From positions 1 to 39,471 of the forward strand of contig JARRPA010000002.1 of assembly GCA_037383305.1 (NCBI GenBank): a stretch of DNA of 39,471 bases, in the 5' to 3' direction. How positions within the stretch are numbered: position 1 is the stretch's first letter; every line of letters starts with the position of its first letter. This document shows, in pieces, positions 27,603-36,570 of the stretch. Made by a program: the position numbers and the translations under genes. This DNA is from Gemmatimonadota bacterium (GTDB lineage Bacteria; Gemmatimonadota; Gemmatimonadetes; Palauibacterales; Palauibacteraceae). The notes under the pieces are model-generated. The model made no database searches, had not been told where the DNA came from, and worked only from the letters and a program-made list of their open reading frames with translations.

Positions 27603-27684
27603 GTTCGATTCCGTTCTCTTCTCGAGTCTGGGTACCGGCAGTCCGGTCGGTTTGCAGCCACGCTCCACCCAGGGAACGTCGCCG

Positions 27685-29082
27685 ATGTTCGGTTCAATCT
27701 TCAACGGTATGTGCAGGATACAGGCCGCCTTTCACGGCTCGGAAGGCGGGTTTTCACGCCGTTCTGGCACGATTCGCGACGGTGCCGTCCAGTCGTTGCG
27801 CCGTATCGGCAGACGGGTCGCAGCCCTGGTCCCTGTCACCGGATTGATTCTGCTGTCCGGCTGCTTTCCCTCTCCCGTAGATACCGCTTCGACCCTCGCG
27901 AGTTCTGGCCCGTTCGTACGATCTCCCTATATCCAGAATGTCACCACCGATGCCGCCACCGTCATCTGGATGACCCGCACTGCCTCGATCGATTCGCTTC
28001 GATTCCGTATCGCGGCTTCATTCGACGAGGGGCCGGCTTCCGACGGCGATGCGTCTCCGTGGCGGTGGACCGAAATCGAAGATCGGGGACACGGCGTCCG
28101 AGCAGCGCGCCTCACGGGACTGCCCGCCGATTCGAGGATCGAATACGAAGTGCTCGCGGAGGGAGGCTCGTCGGGATCGCACGAGTTTCGAACCTCGCCT
28201 CCGGCAGGCCGGAGCGGACCGATCCGCGTCCTTCTGTTCGGCGATTCCGGGTGGGGGTCCGAGGGGCAGATTCAACTCTCGCGGCAAATGGAGAGAATGG
28301 AGTGGGACCTGTCGATTCACGTGGGCGACATAGCCTACAATGACGGGTCGGAGAGCGATTTCACGGAGCGGCACTTCAGGGTCTATCGGCGAATGCTCGC
28401 GCGTCTGCCCTTCTTTCCGTCAATCGGGAATCATGACGTGCGCGCGGACGCAGGCGCATCCTACGATCGGGCATTCGACTGGCCCGGTCGCAGCACGGGA
28501 AGGCGCTACTATTCCTTTCGATGGGGCCCGGTGCTCTTCCTCGCGCTCGATACGAGCAGCCGGACGGCGGCTGTCGACGGACTGTGGAACGGAACCGGCC
28601 CGCAGTTCTCCTGGCTCAGGGAGAGACTGAGGGACGCGAGCTCCGACTCGACAGTGGCCTGGACGATCGTATTCGGACACCACCCGCCGTACAGCCACGC
28701 CGTCGGAATCAGCGGACATGGTCAGAATCGGGAACTCCGCCGAAACCTGACGCCGATGTTCGACCGTTACGGCGTCGATCTCGTGGCCTCCGGACACGAC
28801 CATCACTACGAGAGACTGCACGCCGTACGGGACGGAAGACCGGTTCCCGATGGCTGCGGCCCGGTCTACGTCGTGCAGGGAGCCGGGGGCGCCTCCCGAT
28901 ACGCCCGCGCCGTCGACAGCTCCCAGTTCACTGCATTCGCGTCGCGCGACTTCTCCTTTACGGAACTGGTCATCGAAGGTGATCGAATTCGCGGACGGAC
29001 GATCGGGACCGACGGGGCCGTTCTCGATGAGTTTCTGATTCGGCCCTACGTAGGACCGGACGCAGCCGGGTGCGGCGGCTGA
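27685..29082 (+). CDS. Exported metallophosphoesterase (purple-acid-phosphatase-like lipoprotein)
   Basis: Leader RRVAALVPVTGLILLSGC has the lipobox LSGC. Metallophosphoesterase motifs are FGDSG, GDIAYNDG, GNHD, GHHPPYS and SGHDHHYER. The start is uncertain: ATG 27685 or ATG 27709. Confidence 0.8.
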   Translation: MFGSIFNGMCRIQAAFHGSEGGFSRRSGTIRDGAVQSLRRIGRRVAALVPVTGLILLSGCFPSPVDTASTLASSGPFVRSPYIQNVTTDAATVIWMTRTASIDSLRFRIAASFDEGPASDGDASPWRWTEIEDRGHGVRAARLTGLPADSRIEYEVLAEGGSSGSHEFRTSPPAGRSGPIRVLLFGDSGWGSEGQIQLSRQMERMEWDLSIHVGDIAYNDGSESDFTERHFRVYRRMLARLPFFPSIGNHDVRADAGASYDRAFDWPGRSTGRRYYSFRWGPVLFLALDTSSRTAAVDGLWNGTGPQFSWLRERLRDASSDSTVAWTIVFGHHPPYSHAVGISGHGQNRELRRNLTPMFDRYGVDLVASGHDHHYERLHAVRDGRPVPDGCGPVYVVQGAGGASRYARAVDSSQFTAFASRDFSFTELVIEGDRIRGRTIGTDGAVLDEFLIRPYVGPDAAGCGG

Positions 29083-30428
29083 AGCTGGAAGGGAGATGCG
29101 GCGCGGCGCGCCCGGCGTGGTGCGTGTACGGCCGGCTGGCGGCGGGCGTGATTACGGTGAGTGCATGTCCTGCGGCGGTGGTCGCGCAGGAAACGGAGCC
29201 ATCCGAGCGCGCCGAGGCCTTCGCGACCGCCGATTCGATCCGGGCGTCGTACGCCCGTCCCGAGCGAGAACCGCCGACCGACTGGGTCGACGTCGTGGAA
29301 TTTCCCCTCAAGGTGGTGGGCTTTCCTTTCCAGCTCGTGCTGGTGGACCTTCCGGGCTGGATCGCGGGCCAGGTGCTGGTGCCACGCGCGCCCAGCGCTC
29401 TCGTGAGAGCCTACCGATCCGTGGAGAACTGGGGATTCCGACCCGCGATCCGAACTTCGATCGGGCCTCGGAGTGCAGCCGCCGTAGAGGGGCAGTTGTT
29501 CCGCTTCGAACCGCTGTACCTGCATTCCGCCCTGTCCCGCCGGGGGTCACAGAGACATCGAGTCGGCGTTCTGATCGCTGATCCGGGTCACTCCTTCGTC
29601 GCCGAGGTGAAATGGCAGCGGGATGCTCAGCTCACTTTCTATGGGATCGGCCCCGGCAGCGACCCGGACCGCGGCCTGTACCGCCGTGACTACTGGGACC
29701 TGCGCGCTCGAGGCACGACCCGGCTCACACGACGTGTCCAGCTGGATGCCGGGGTGGGATTCGAGAGCAACGACGTCGATCTTCCCGTCTGGTCGGACGA
29801 CGAATCGATCTGGGACGAATTCGACACCTCGGAGCTGTACGGTGCGGACGAAGAAACTCGCTATTTGCGCGTCGACGGAGGCGTGACGTTCGATCTCACG
29901 GGACGCCGGAGGTTTCAGGACACGGGAGTATGGCTGCGTCTGGGGGGAGGCGTGTGGCGCGGAATCGGCGATACTCCTTCCGACTTCCACGCGATCACGG
30001 TGATCGCGCAGGGATACCTTCCGATCAACCACCGCCAGCAGCTCGCCCTTCGTGGAATCACGCGGTTGGCCCGCGCCGACGGCGGCAGCGGGATTCCCTT
30101 CTTCCACCTCAGCCGGCTCGGGGGCAGTCGGACTGCCATCGGGTATTCGAGCTCCCGATTCACGGACAACGACATGCTCTCGCTGGTCGCCGAGTGGCGA
30201 TACGAGGTATGGCGGGACATCCATGACATCGTTCGTTCCGAGTTCTTCCTCTATTTCGGGGAGGGAACGGTACAGCGGCGGCTGGGCGAGGTATCGACCG
30301 GCGACTGGCAGGCGTCCTTCGGAATCGGTGCCCGGATGGTGATGAAGGAGCGCCTCCTGGGCGTGGCGTTTCTCGGGTTCAGCGACGAAGACGTCCAGGT
30401 CGGAATCCGCGGAGACTGGCCGCTTTGA
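29070..30428 (+). CDS. Outer-membrane beta-barrel protein, Omp85/surface-antigen (BamA/TamA-like) family without obvious POTRA repeats
   Basis: GTG 29070 lies 13 nt inside the phosphoesterase gene. The alternative GTG at 29124 gives the leader MYGRLAAGVITVSACPAAVVAQ. The sequence has alternating beta-strand character. The C-terminal region (LSRLGGSRTAIGYSSSRF...SLVAEWRYEV...ASFGIGARM) resembles the Bac_surface_Ag barrel. Confidence 0.6.
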   Translation: MRRLKLEGRCGAARPAWCVYGRLAAGVITVSACPAAVVAQETEPSERAEAFATADSIRASYARPEREPPTDWVDVVEFPLKVVGFPFQLVLVDLPGWIAGQVLVPRAPSALVRAYRSVENWGFRPAIRTSIGPRSAAAVEGQLFRFEPLYLHSALSRRGSQRHRVGVLIADPGHSFVAEVKWQRDAQLTFYGIGPGSDPDRGLYRRDYWDLRARGTTRLTRRVQLDAGVGFESNDVDLPVWSDDESIWDEFDTSELYGADEETRYLRVDGGVTFDLTGRRRFQDTGVWLRLGGGVWRGIGDTPSDFHAITVIAQGYLPINHRQQLALRGITRLARADGGSGIPFFHLSRLGGSRTAIGYSSSRFTDNDMLSLVAEWRYEVWRDIHDIVRSEFFLYFGEGTVQRRLGEVSTGDWQASFGIGARMVMKERLLGVAFLGFSDEDVQVGIRGDWPL

Positions 30429-32194
30429 GCGTCCGAAGAGGACCGATTCGGCGGTCGATCGGGGCCGGGGGCGCGCAGGCCGCCTGGCTCGCAGGTCTGC
30501 TGTGCGCGGTCAGCGGGGGTTGCGCGCGATCTTCTCCGCCGTCGCTTCGGCCGGAGCCGATCGCATGGGCCGACACACTGCCGATACCCGAGCCGCCGGC
30601 CCGTGAACCGCTCGAGGTTCCGAGGATCATGGACGATGCTGTGGCGGGGGAGGTCTCCCGCGTGCTCTCGATTCGGGGGGCCGTTGGGAAGCGTCACGAG
30701 GCGCAGAATCTGACTCGTTTCGATGACGTGGTTCCCTCCGCCTGGTTCGAGCACCGCAACGCCAGGACTCGACTGACGCCCGAGCAGATGGAGGTCGGGC
30801 CCACCGCAGGGAGTGGTCCCGATACTACGGGAGTGCTGGAGATCATCTCGGCCAAAGTCCAGGGCGTGTCGCCGGGATTCAACATCCGGGACGCACGGGG
30901 CGACCGGTACGTGGTCAAGTTCGACCCGAAGGGATTCCTGCACATGAGCAGCGCAGCCGGCGTGATCTCGAATCGCCTGATGTATGCCGCCGGATATCAT
31001 GTGCCCGAAGACTTCGTCTTCGTCTTCTCGAAGTCGAAGTTGAAGGTCGCCGAGGGCGCGACGATCCGCGGCGAGGATCTCGAAGAACGACCCCTGACGC
31101 TGGACGTGGCCCTGGACGTGCTCGCAATGACGGACACTCTGCCTGACGGGCGCTACCTGGCGGTGACCTCGAAGTTCGTTCCCGGACCTCCCAAGGGACC
31201 CTTCTTCTTCGACGGAGTCCGCCCGGATGACCCGAACGACTGGTATCACCATGAGCATCGACGTGAGCTGAGGGGCCTGTACGTGGTTTCGTCGTGGCTC
31301 AACCACGTGGACATGCGGTGGATGAACACGATGGATGCCTACGTGCCACCGGGTTACCTGAAGCACTACCTGATCGATTTCGCGGCGAGCCTCGGGTCCG
31401 GAACGACGCGTCCGCACGAGCCGCGCGAGGGCCGGGAATACAACGTGGACCTATGGCCATCACTGGGACGCGTGTTCAGCCTGGGCTTTTACCAGGTCGG
31501 GTGGGAGGGCCGGGAGTGGGAAGTGATCGATCCGACGATCGGCTGGCTCGAGGGAGAGGACTTCGACCCCGCCGGCTGGAAGCCGAACTGGCCGAACCGG
31601 GCGTTCCAGCTCGCGACGGATCGCGACGGGTACTGGGGCGCCAAGCTGGTGGGCTCGTTCACCGATGCACAGATTCGTTCGGCGGTGAGGGCGGGCCGGC
31701 TTCCGTCCCCGCGAGCGGCCGACACGCTGGCGAAGATCCTGATGGTCCGGCGCGACCGGGTGGTGGATCACTGGTATCGGAAGGTCTCGCCCCTCGAGAA
31801 CTTCTCCGTCGTGTCGAATCCCGAGAGCGCGGACGGCGCGACCGTCCGCCGGGTGGCGATCGAATTCGAAGACCTGGGGCGCCGGAAGGGTCTGTGGAAG
31901 GCTGAAGCCATCCTCTACCGCTGGAGATTCGAGCACGAGGAGCTGGACCGCGACTGGCGCGGTCAGGAGCCCGCGAGAGCTCGAGACGGGCCCCAGCGGA
32001 TCATCCTGACGTCCGGAGATCGGGATTCAGGGAGCCGACCTCCGGCGGTCAACCCGACCGGAGCGAAAGCCCTGGCAAAACTGGAGATCCAGGTGGAGCA
32101 TCGGATGAGCGGAGAGCGGCAGCCGGCAGCCACGGTCTGGCTGGAGTGGCTGGCGTCATCGCAGCGATACCGGGTCGCGGGCGTGGAGCACTGA
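30425..32194 (+). CDS. Lipoprotein with a protein/lipid-kinase-like catalytic signature (uncharacterised)
   Basis: The TTG start overlaps the barrel gene's stop (TTGA). The leader AAWLAGLLCAVSGGC is lipobox-like. Kinase-like elements are RYVVKFD, HEHRRELRGLYVVSSWLNHVDMRWMNT and HYLIDFAASLG. Confidence 0.6.
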   Translation: MSVRRGPIRRSIGAGGAQAAWLAGLLCAVSGGCARSSPPSLRPEPIAWADTLPIPEPPAREPLEVPRIMDDAVAGEVSRVLSIRGAVGKRHEAQNLTRFDDVVPSAWFEHRNARTRLTPEQMEVGPTAGSGPDTTGVLEIISAKVQGVSPGFNIRDARGDRYVVKFDPKGFLHMSSAAGVISNRLMYAAGYHVPEDFVFVFSKSKLKVAEGATIRGEDLEERPLTLDVALDVLAMTDTLPDGRYLAVTSKFVPGPPKGPFFFDGVRPDDPNDWYHHEHRRELRGLYVVSSWLNHVDMRWMNTMDAYVPPGYLKHYLIDFAASLGSGTTRPHEPREGREYNVDLWPSLGRVFSLGFYQVGWEGREWEVIDPTIGWLEGEDFDPAGWKPNWPNRAFQLATDRDGYWGAKLVGSFTDAQIRSAVRAGRLPSPRAADTLAKILMVRRDRVVDHWYRKVSPLENFSVVSNPESADGATVRRVAIEFEDLGRRKGLWKAEAILYRWRFEHEELDRDWRGQEPARARDGPQRIILTSGDRDSGSRPPAVNPTGAKALAKLEIQVEHRMSGERQPAATVWLEWLASSQRYRVAGVEH

Positions 32195-32198
32195 GCCG

Positions 32199-32912
32199 TT
32201 GCCCACGAGACTGGTTCGACACCGGGCAGATGTCCCGGATGCTTTCGATCGCGTCGCCCGTCGCTACGATCTGCTTACGGGTTTGAACCCGGGGTATCGA
32301 CGTCACCTGGCCATGAGTGCCCGGCGATTGGAGCTCGAACCGGGATCCCGCGTTCTGGATCTCTGCTGCGGAACGGGTCTCTCCACGCGTGCGATCGCGT
32401 CCGAGATCCCCGGGGCCGAGATCGTGGCACTCGATGCGTCCGCGGGAATGCTGGCCGTGGCACGCGGCAAGCCGACCGGAACCGATGTCCAATTCGTGCT
32501 CGGCGACGCGATGGCCCCGGAAGAGGCGGGCATCCGGGGCCCGTTCGATGGGATATTGATGGCATACGGCATCCGCAACGTGCCGGACCCGGACGACTGC
32601 CTCCGCCGACTCTATCGGCTGCTTCGTCCCGGGGGATCGATCTGCTTTCATGAATATTCCGTGGCCGACTCGGCGCGAAGCCGGGTGGTCTGGAACGCGG
32701 TGAGCCTGGGTGTCGTCATCCCGAGCGGTTTCCTGCTTTCGGGCTCGACCCGGATCTATCGTTACCTCCGACGGAGCGTGAACGAGTTCGATGGGGTTCG
32801 TGGCTTCGAGCGGCGCCTGTCTCGGGCCGGCTTCGACGAAGTCCGCACAGAACCGATGGACGGGTGGCAACGGGGCATCGTGCATTCCTTCCTGGCGCGC
32901 CGTCCCGAATGA
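32199..32912 (+). CDS. Class I SAM-dependent methyltransferase (UbiE/MenG/CrtT-like)
   Basis: TTG start 4 nt after the upstream stop. FDRVARRYDLL is followed by SAM motif I VLDLCCGTGLST and post-motifs ILMAYGIRNVPD and LRPGG. Confidence 0.85.
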   Translation: MPTRLVRHRADVPDAFDRVARRYDLLTGLNPGYRRHLAMSARRLELEPGSRVLDLCCGTGLSTRAIASEIPGAEIVALDASAGMLAVARGKPTGTDVQFVLGDAMAPEEAGIRGPFDGILMAYGIRNVPDPDDCLRRLYRLLRPGGSICFHEYSVADSARSRVVWNAVSLGVVIPSGFLLSGSTRIYRYLRRSVNEFDGVRGFERRLSRAGFDEVRTEPMDGWQRGIVHSFLARRPE

Positions 32913-34447
32913 GCGGCGGACGGCCGGTACCCCTCTGGGATGGGCATCGGGACGCAGCCCCACCTGGCCTGACGGCGATCGTCTGCGGGGGCGGCCTCGC
33001 CGGCCTCGCCGCGGCGACCGTTCTCGCCGAACGGGGAGTCTCCGTTTCGGTCCTCGAAGCGGAGCACGAAACGGGCGGGCGGCTTCGCACCTGGCCGGTG
33101 ACCCTTCCCGATGGCACCGTGCTCGGAATGGAGCGCGGCTTTCACGCGTTCTTTCGCCAGTACTACAACCTCAGGGCTCTGCTTCGGCGCACCGATCCGG
33201 AACTGAGCCGCCTGATCCCTCTGCCGGATTACCCGGTTCTGGGCCCCGAGGGCCGGGTGCAGTCATTCGAGGGCCTGCCGACTCGTGTTCCGGCGAATTT
33301 CCTGGCCATCATCCGGCGGGCCGAGACATTCCGCTGGCGCGACCTGCTGCGGGTGAACGGACGCGCGGCCCTGGAGATGCTCCGTTACCATCCCGAGCGC
33401 ACCTATGCCCGGTTCGATGCACTCACCGCCCGGGAATATCTGGACTCGCTGAACTTCCCGCTCGACGCCCGCCGGATGCTGTTCGACGTCTTCTCCCACT
33501 CCTTCTTCAATCCCGAGGAGGAGATGTCGGCGGCCGACCTCCTGATGATGTTTCATTACTATTTTCTCGCGAACGACGAAGGACTCGTTTTCGATGTGCT
33601 CGACGACACGTTCGAGAGAGCCCTTCTGGCACCGCTGCGGGAGTATCTCGAATTACGCGGCGTGAGCTTCGACCTCGGTCGACGGGCCATGGCGCTGTCT
33701 CGGGCCGAGAGTCATGGCCCCGCCGGGAGCGGCAGCGCCCCGACGACATCTCGCTGGAGAGTCTCGCACGAAGAGTCCGACGGGTCGGCCAGCGCCCGGG
33801 AGCAGGAGGCCGATCTCGTAGTCCTCGGCCTGAACGTATCGGGGCTCCGGTCCCTGATCGACGCATCTCCGGCGGTAGGAGATCCGTCGTGGCGCTCTCG
33901 AGTCGGATCCCTGCGGGAGACTCGACCGTTCGCCGTATGGCGGCTGTGGCTGGACCGACCGACGGCCGAGGGTCGAGCGGCGTTCGTCGGCACGGCGGGA
34001 TTTCCTCTGCTCGACAATATCTCGCTCTACCATCTCTTCGAGGCCGAAAGCAGCAACTGGGCGGATCGAACCGGCGGAAGCGTCGTCGAGCTCCACGCCT
34101 ACGGCATGCCGGAAAGCGTGACGGAGGCGGAGATCCGGAGGTCCATGCTGTCCGGCCTGCACGAGTTGATTCCCGAAACGCAGGGGGCCGGAGTCGTGCA
34201 CCAGGAGTTCTTCGTCGAGCGAGACTGCCCGGCGTTCCCGCCATCCGGACACTCGCAGCGCCCCGGCGTGGAGACACCGGAACCCGGACTCGCGCTCGCC
34301 GGCGACTTCGTCCGGATGGACTTTCCCACTGCTCTGATGGAACGTGCCACGGCATCCGGATTTCTAGCTGCCAGTGTGCTGCTGCGACCCTACGGCGTCC
34401 GTCCCGAACCCCTGCGTTCGGTCGCGCCGAGAGGTCCGATCGGCTGA
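32909..34447 (+). CDS. FAD-dependent oxidoreductase of the amine-oxidase / carotenoid desaturase superfamily (CrtU-like candidate)
   Basis: ATG 32909 overlaps the methyltransferase stop (ATGA). The dinucleotide fold is IVCGGGLAGLAAATVLAERGVSVSVLEAEHETGGR, followed by RGFHAFFRQYYNL and C-terminal LAGDF. Confidence 0.85.
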   Translation: MSGGRPVPLWDGHRDAAPPGLTAIVCGGGLAGLAAATVLAERGVSVSVLEAEHETGGRLRTWPVTLPDGTVLGMERGFHAFFRQYYNLRALLRRTDPELSRLIPLPDYPVLGPEGRVQSFEGLPTRVPANFLAIIRRAETFRWRDLLRVNGRAALEMLRYHPERTYARFDALTAREYLDSLNFPLDARRMLFDVFSHSFFNPEEEMSAADLLMMFHYYFLANDEGLVFDVLDDTFERALLAPLREYLELRGVSFDLGRRAMALSRAESHGPAGSGSAPTTSRWRVSHEESDGSASAREQEADLVVLGLNVSGLRSLIDASPAVGDPSWRSRVGSLRETRPFAVWRLWLDRPTAEGRAAFVGTAGFPLLDNISLYHLFEAESSNWADRTGGSVVELHAYGMPESVTEAEIRRSMLSGLHELIPETQGAGVVHQEFFVERDCPAFPPSGHSQRPGVETPEPGLALAGDFVRMDFPTALMERATASGFLAASVLLRPYGVRPEPLRSVAPRGPIG

Positions 34448-34472
34448 TGGGTCGGGATCGACGTCGCGACCG

Positions 34473-35169
34473 TCAGAGCGCCTGCTGGAAAAGGACCATC
34501 GCCACCATGGCGATGCTGACGAGAAGCGCGATCACCGAGCGGCGGCCGGTTTCGAATGCGTCCGGCAGAAGTTCTGCGAGAACCATGAGCACCATGGCGC
34601 CTGCCGCGAATCCGATGCCGTAGGGCAACAGCGATCGGAAGGACGCAACGAACAGGAACGAGGGAACGGCGAGTAGCGGTTGCGGCAGCGAAGACACGAT
34701 GCTCCAGCCCGCACAAGCCGTGAGGCTCGCTCCGCGAGGTCGCAGCACCGCACTGATGGCCAGGCCTTCCGGGACGTTGTGCACGGAGATCGCCGCGGTG
34801 ATGACGATGGCCTTCGGCGACGGAATGTACGGTCATTACGAGGACGATCAGTGCCATCTTCCTTGCATCTTCGCCGCGGATCGCTCCGAACTGCAGCTCC
34901 TGATCGCCGAGAAGCCGACCGGCGGCGAGGACGAACATCACACCGAGGTTCGCACCCACCAGAGTCGCAAGTCGTCCGACTTCAGCTCCCTCGGACAGGA
35001 GCCCGAAACTGGCTCCCAGCATCAAGCCCGAAGCGAGCGCGTTGGCGTAGGCGAGAGTGCGGGGCGATACGCGGCGGGCGAACGCGAACGGGACGGCGCC
35101 GAGGCCGGTCGCGAGTGCGGTCAACAGGCCGTACAGGAATACCTGTAGCAGGGGCGGAAGAGAGCTCAC
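34473..35169 (-). pseudogene. ZIP-family metal cation transporter (downstream paralog), interrupted by a 1-nt-type frameshift near 34810
   Basis: GTG 35169 overlaps the upstream ZIP stop (GTGA). The N-half lies in the frame of ORF 34390..35823 (LLTALATGLGAVPF...VMTVHSVAEG). The C-half is in ORF 34473..34784 and just upstream of it (IVITAAISVHNVPEGLAIS...LAELLPDAFE). Confidence 0.7.
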
Positions 35170-35814
35170 CCCACCAGGCCTCTGAGCAGGACGACGAACC
35201 CCGTCGCGACCGAGGTGACGAGACCGATGCTCACCGGGCCGGCTCGCTCGTAGGCCTCGGGAAGCAGTTCGGAAAGGACGAGGTAGGTAAGCCCGCCCAC
35301 GGCGAATCCGAGGGCCCACGGCCGCAGACCCGGAATCGTGGGCACCACCGTGAAGGCGACCAGGGCGAAGAGGACCTGCCCGATGTTCGCCGCCACTGCC
35401 AGGCCCGCCGTACGTATCACTCCGAGGCCCGAAGACCGGAGGACCGAACCCAGGATCGCCGCCTCGGGGATGTTGTGCACCGCGAGAGCGAGCGCGACCA
35501 GAATTCCGAACGGAAGGCTCTCCAGCATGGCCAGGCCGATCGCGATCTACATCCTCCACCCCCGATGCGCGGTGTGAAGAATAGGTGTAGCCGATGCCGA
35601 GGAGTCCTCCGATCGCTGCCGGCACCGGGTTGCCGACGAGCGCCGTCTCCGCGAGCAGGTAGGCCGTACCCAGCATGAACCCGGCAGCGAGGGAGTTTGC
35701 CCACCCGATCCAGGCGGAGGGGACCGCCTGCCGGCTTCGTAGCGGCAGGATTCCGATCGGAGCCACGCATGCCGAGAGCGCAGAGAAGGCGAGGACGACG
35801 AGGATCGGCTGCAT
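35166..35814 (-). pseudogene. ZIP-family metal cation transporter (upstream paralog), interrupted by a frameshift and in-frame TAG near 35547-35552
   Basis: ATG 35814 gives MQPILVVLAFSALSA...NSLAAGFMLG...GIGYTYSSH in one frame. IAIGLAMLESLPFGILVALALAVHNIPEAA...LSELLPEAYE follows in another frame (ORF 35166..35528), which is closed upstream by TAG at 35547-35549. Confidence 0.7.
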
Positions 35815-35903
35815 GGGTGGCAAGCTAGCCGACGGAAGCGGGTCGCGGGAGCGTCAACGACGGACGCCTGCGGAGTCTCGAGTGTATCCGGAGGGTGAAA
35901 GAC

Positions 35904-35939
35904 GACGTCCCGGCCGTCCGATGCGGCGGCCGGGACGTC
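35904..35939 (-). terminator. Strong hairpin, candidate intrinsic terminator after the DUF4136-like lipoprotein gene
   Basis: A perfect 13 bp stem: GACGTCCCGGCCG (35904-35916) pairs with CGGCCGGGACGTC (35927-35939), with a 10 nt loop. It lies 26 nt past the stop at 35965. On the minus strand it is followed by GTCTTTCACC. Confidence 0.5.
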
Positions 35940-35964
35940 ACGGTCCTCGAACCGGCGGATCGCC

Positions 35965-36522
35965 TCAGCTGCCGGGAGGGAATTCCGACATGATCTTGGC
36001 GACCGCCTCGTTGATGTTCTTCTCGCGGTCTTCGGGGCTCTGACTGCCTCCCGAAAGAGTCTTCGTGCCGACTCCCTGCCAGACCATCTTCTGCGAATCG
36101 GTGTCGAACAGCCCGATGATCAATGATCCTTCGGTGTAGTTCTGTGTGTACGTGGTGCTCGAACCTCCGCCCCAGCCGCCGTATCCATAGCCCCCGTAAT
36201 ACCCGCCCGGCCATCCGGAGCTGACGGTCTGCAGAGTCGTCCGGTCCTGGGTCGTGACCTGAAATCCGACACCCAGGTCGGCGTCCCGCCCGGAGGTCGC
36301 CTTCCGCAGGCCCTTGGCGTTCAAGTTCGACTCGATCGCTGCCTGAATCCGCGAATCCACGAGATCCCCGAGTCCGCTGGAATAGGCTCCGTCGACCCAG
36401 GCGTACGTCTGATAGGTGCCGAAATTCGCGGTCGGATCCCAGTCCGCGTTCGTGTCGATCCCGCTTCCGCACGCACTCAGCATGAGACTGGCTGCCATGC
36501 AGGCCAGGAAGTTCCTGTTCAT
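35965..36522 (-). CDS. DUF4136-like lipoprotein
   Basis: ATG 36522 gives MNRNFLACMAASLMLSACGS (lipobox LSAC). FGTYQTYAWV, a Gly/Tyr-rich loop and GSLIIGLFDTDSQKMVWQG match my recollection of the DUF4136 pattern. Confidence 0.7.
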   Translation of the reverse strand: MNRNFLACMAASLMLSACGSGIDTNADWDPTANFGTYQTYAWVDGAYSSGLGDLVDSRIQAAIESNLNAKGLRKATSGRDADLGVGFQVTTQDRTTLQTVSSGWPGGYYGGYGYGGWGGGSSTTYTQNYTEGSLIIGLFDTDSQKMVWQGVGTKTLSGGSQSPEDREKNINEAVAKIMSEFPPGS

Positions 36523-36570
36523 GATCGAGTCTCTCCTGTTCGGGCTCATACTGCTCTACACAGCCGGAAT

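Noticed and set aside
26505-28343. 612 aa ORF on the plus strand
   Set aside because: It is antisense to lon for most of its length and out of frame with the metallophosphoesterase. No recognisable domains.
32791-34623. 610 aa ORF on the plus strand in an alternative frame of the FAD oxidoreductase
   Set aside because: The 32909..34447 frame contains the GxGxxG fold and other flavoprotein motifs. The alternative frame is nearly pure Arg/Gly/Pro/Ser.
34390-35823. Single 477 aa ORF spanning both ZIP genes
   Set aside because: Only two segments of it look like ZIP N-terminal halves. The stretches between them are Arg/Gly/Pro-rich, while the ZIP C-terminal halves (HNxPE motifs) lie in other frames. 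It is better explained as two frameshifted genes.
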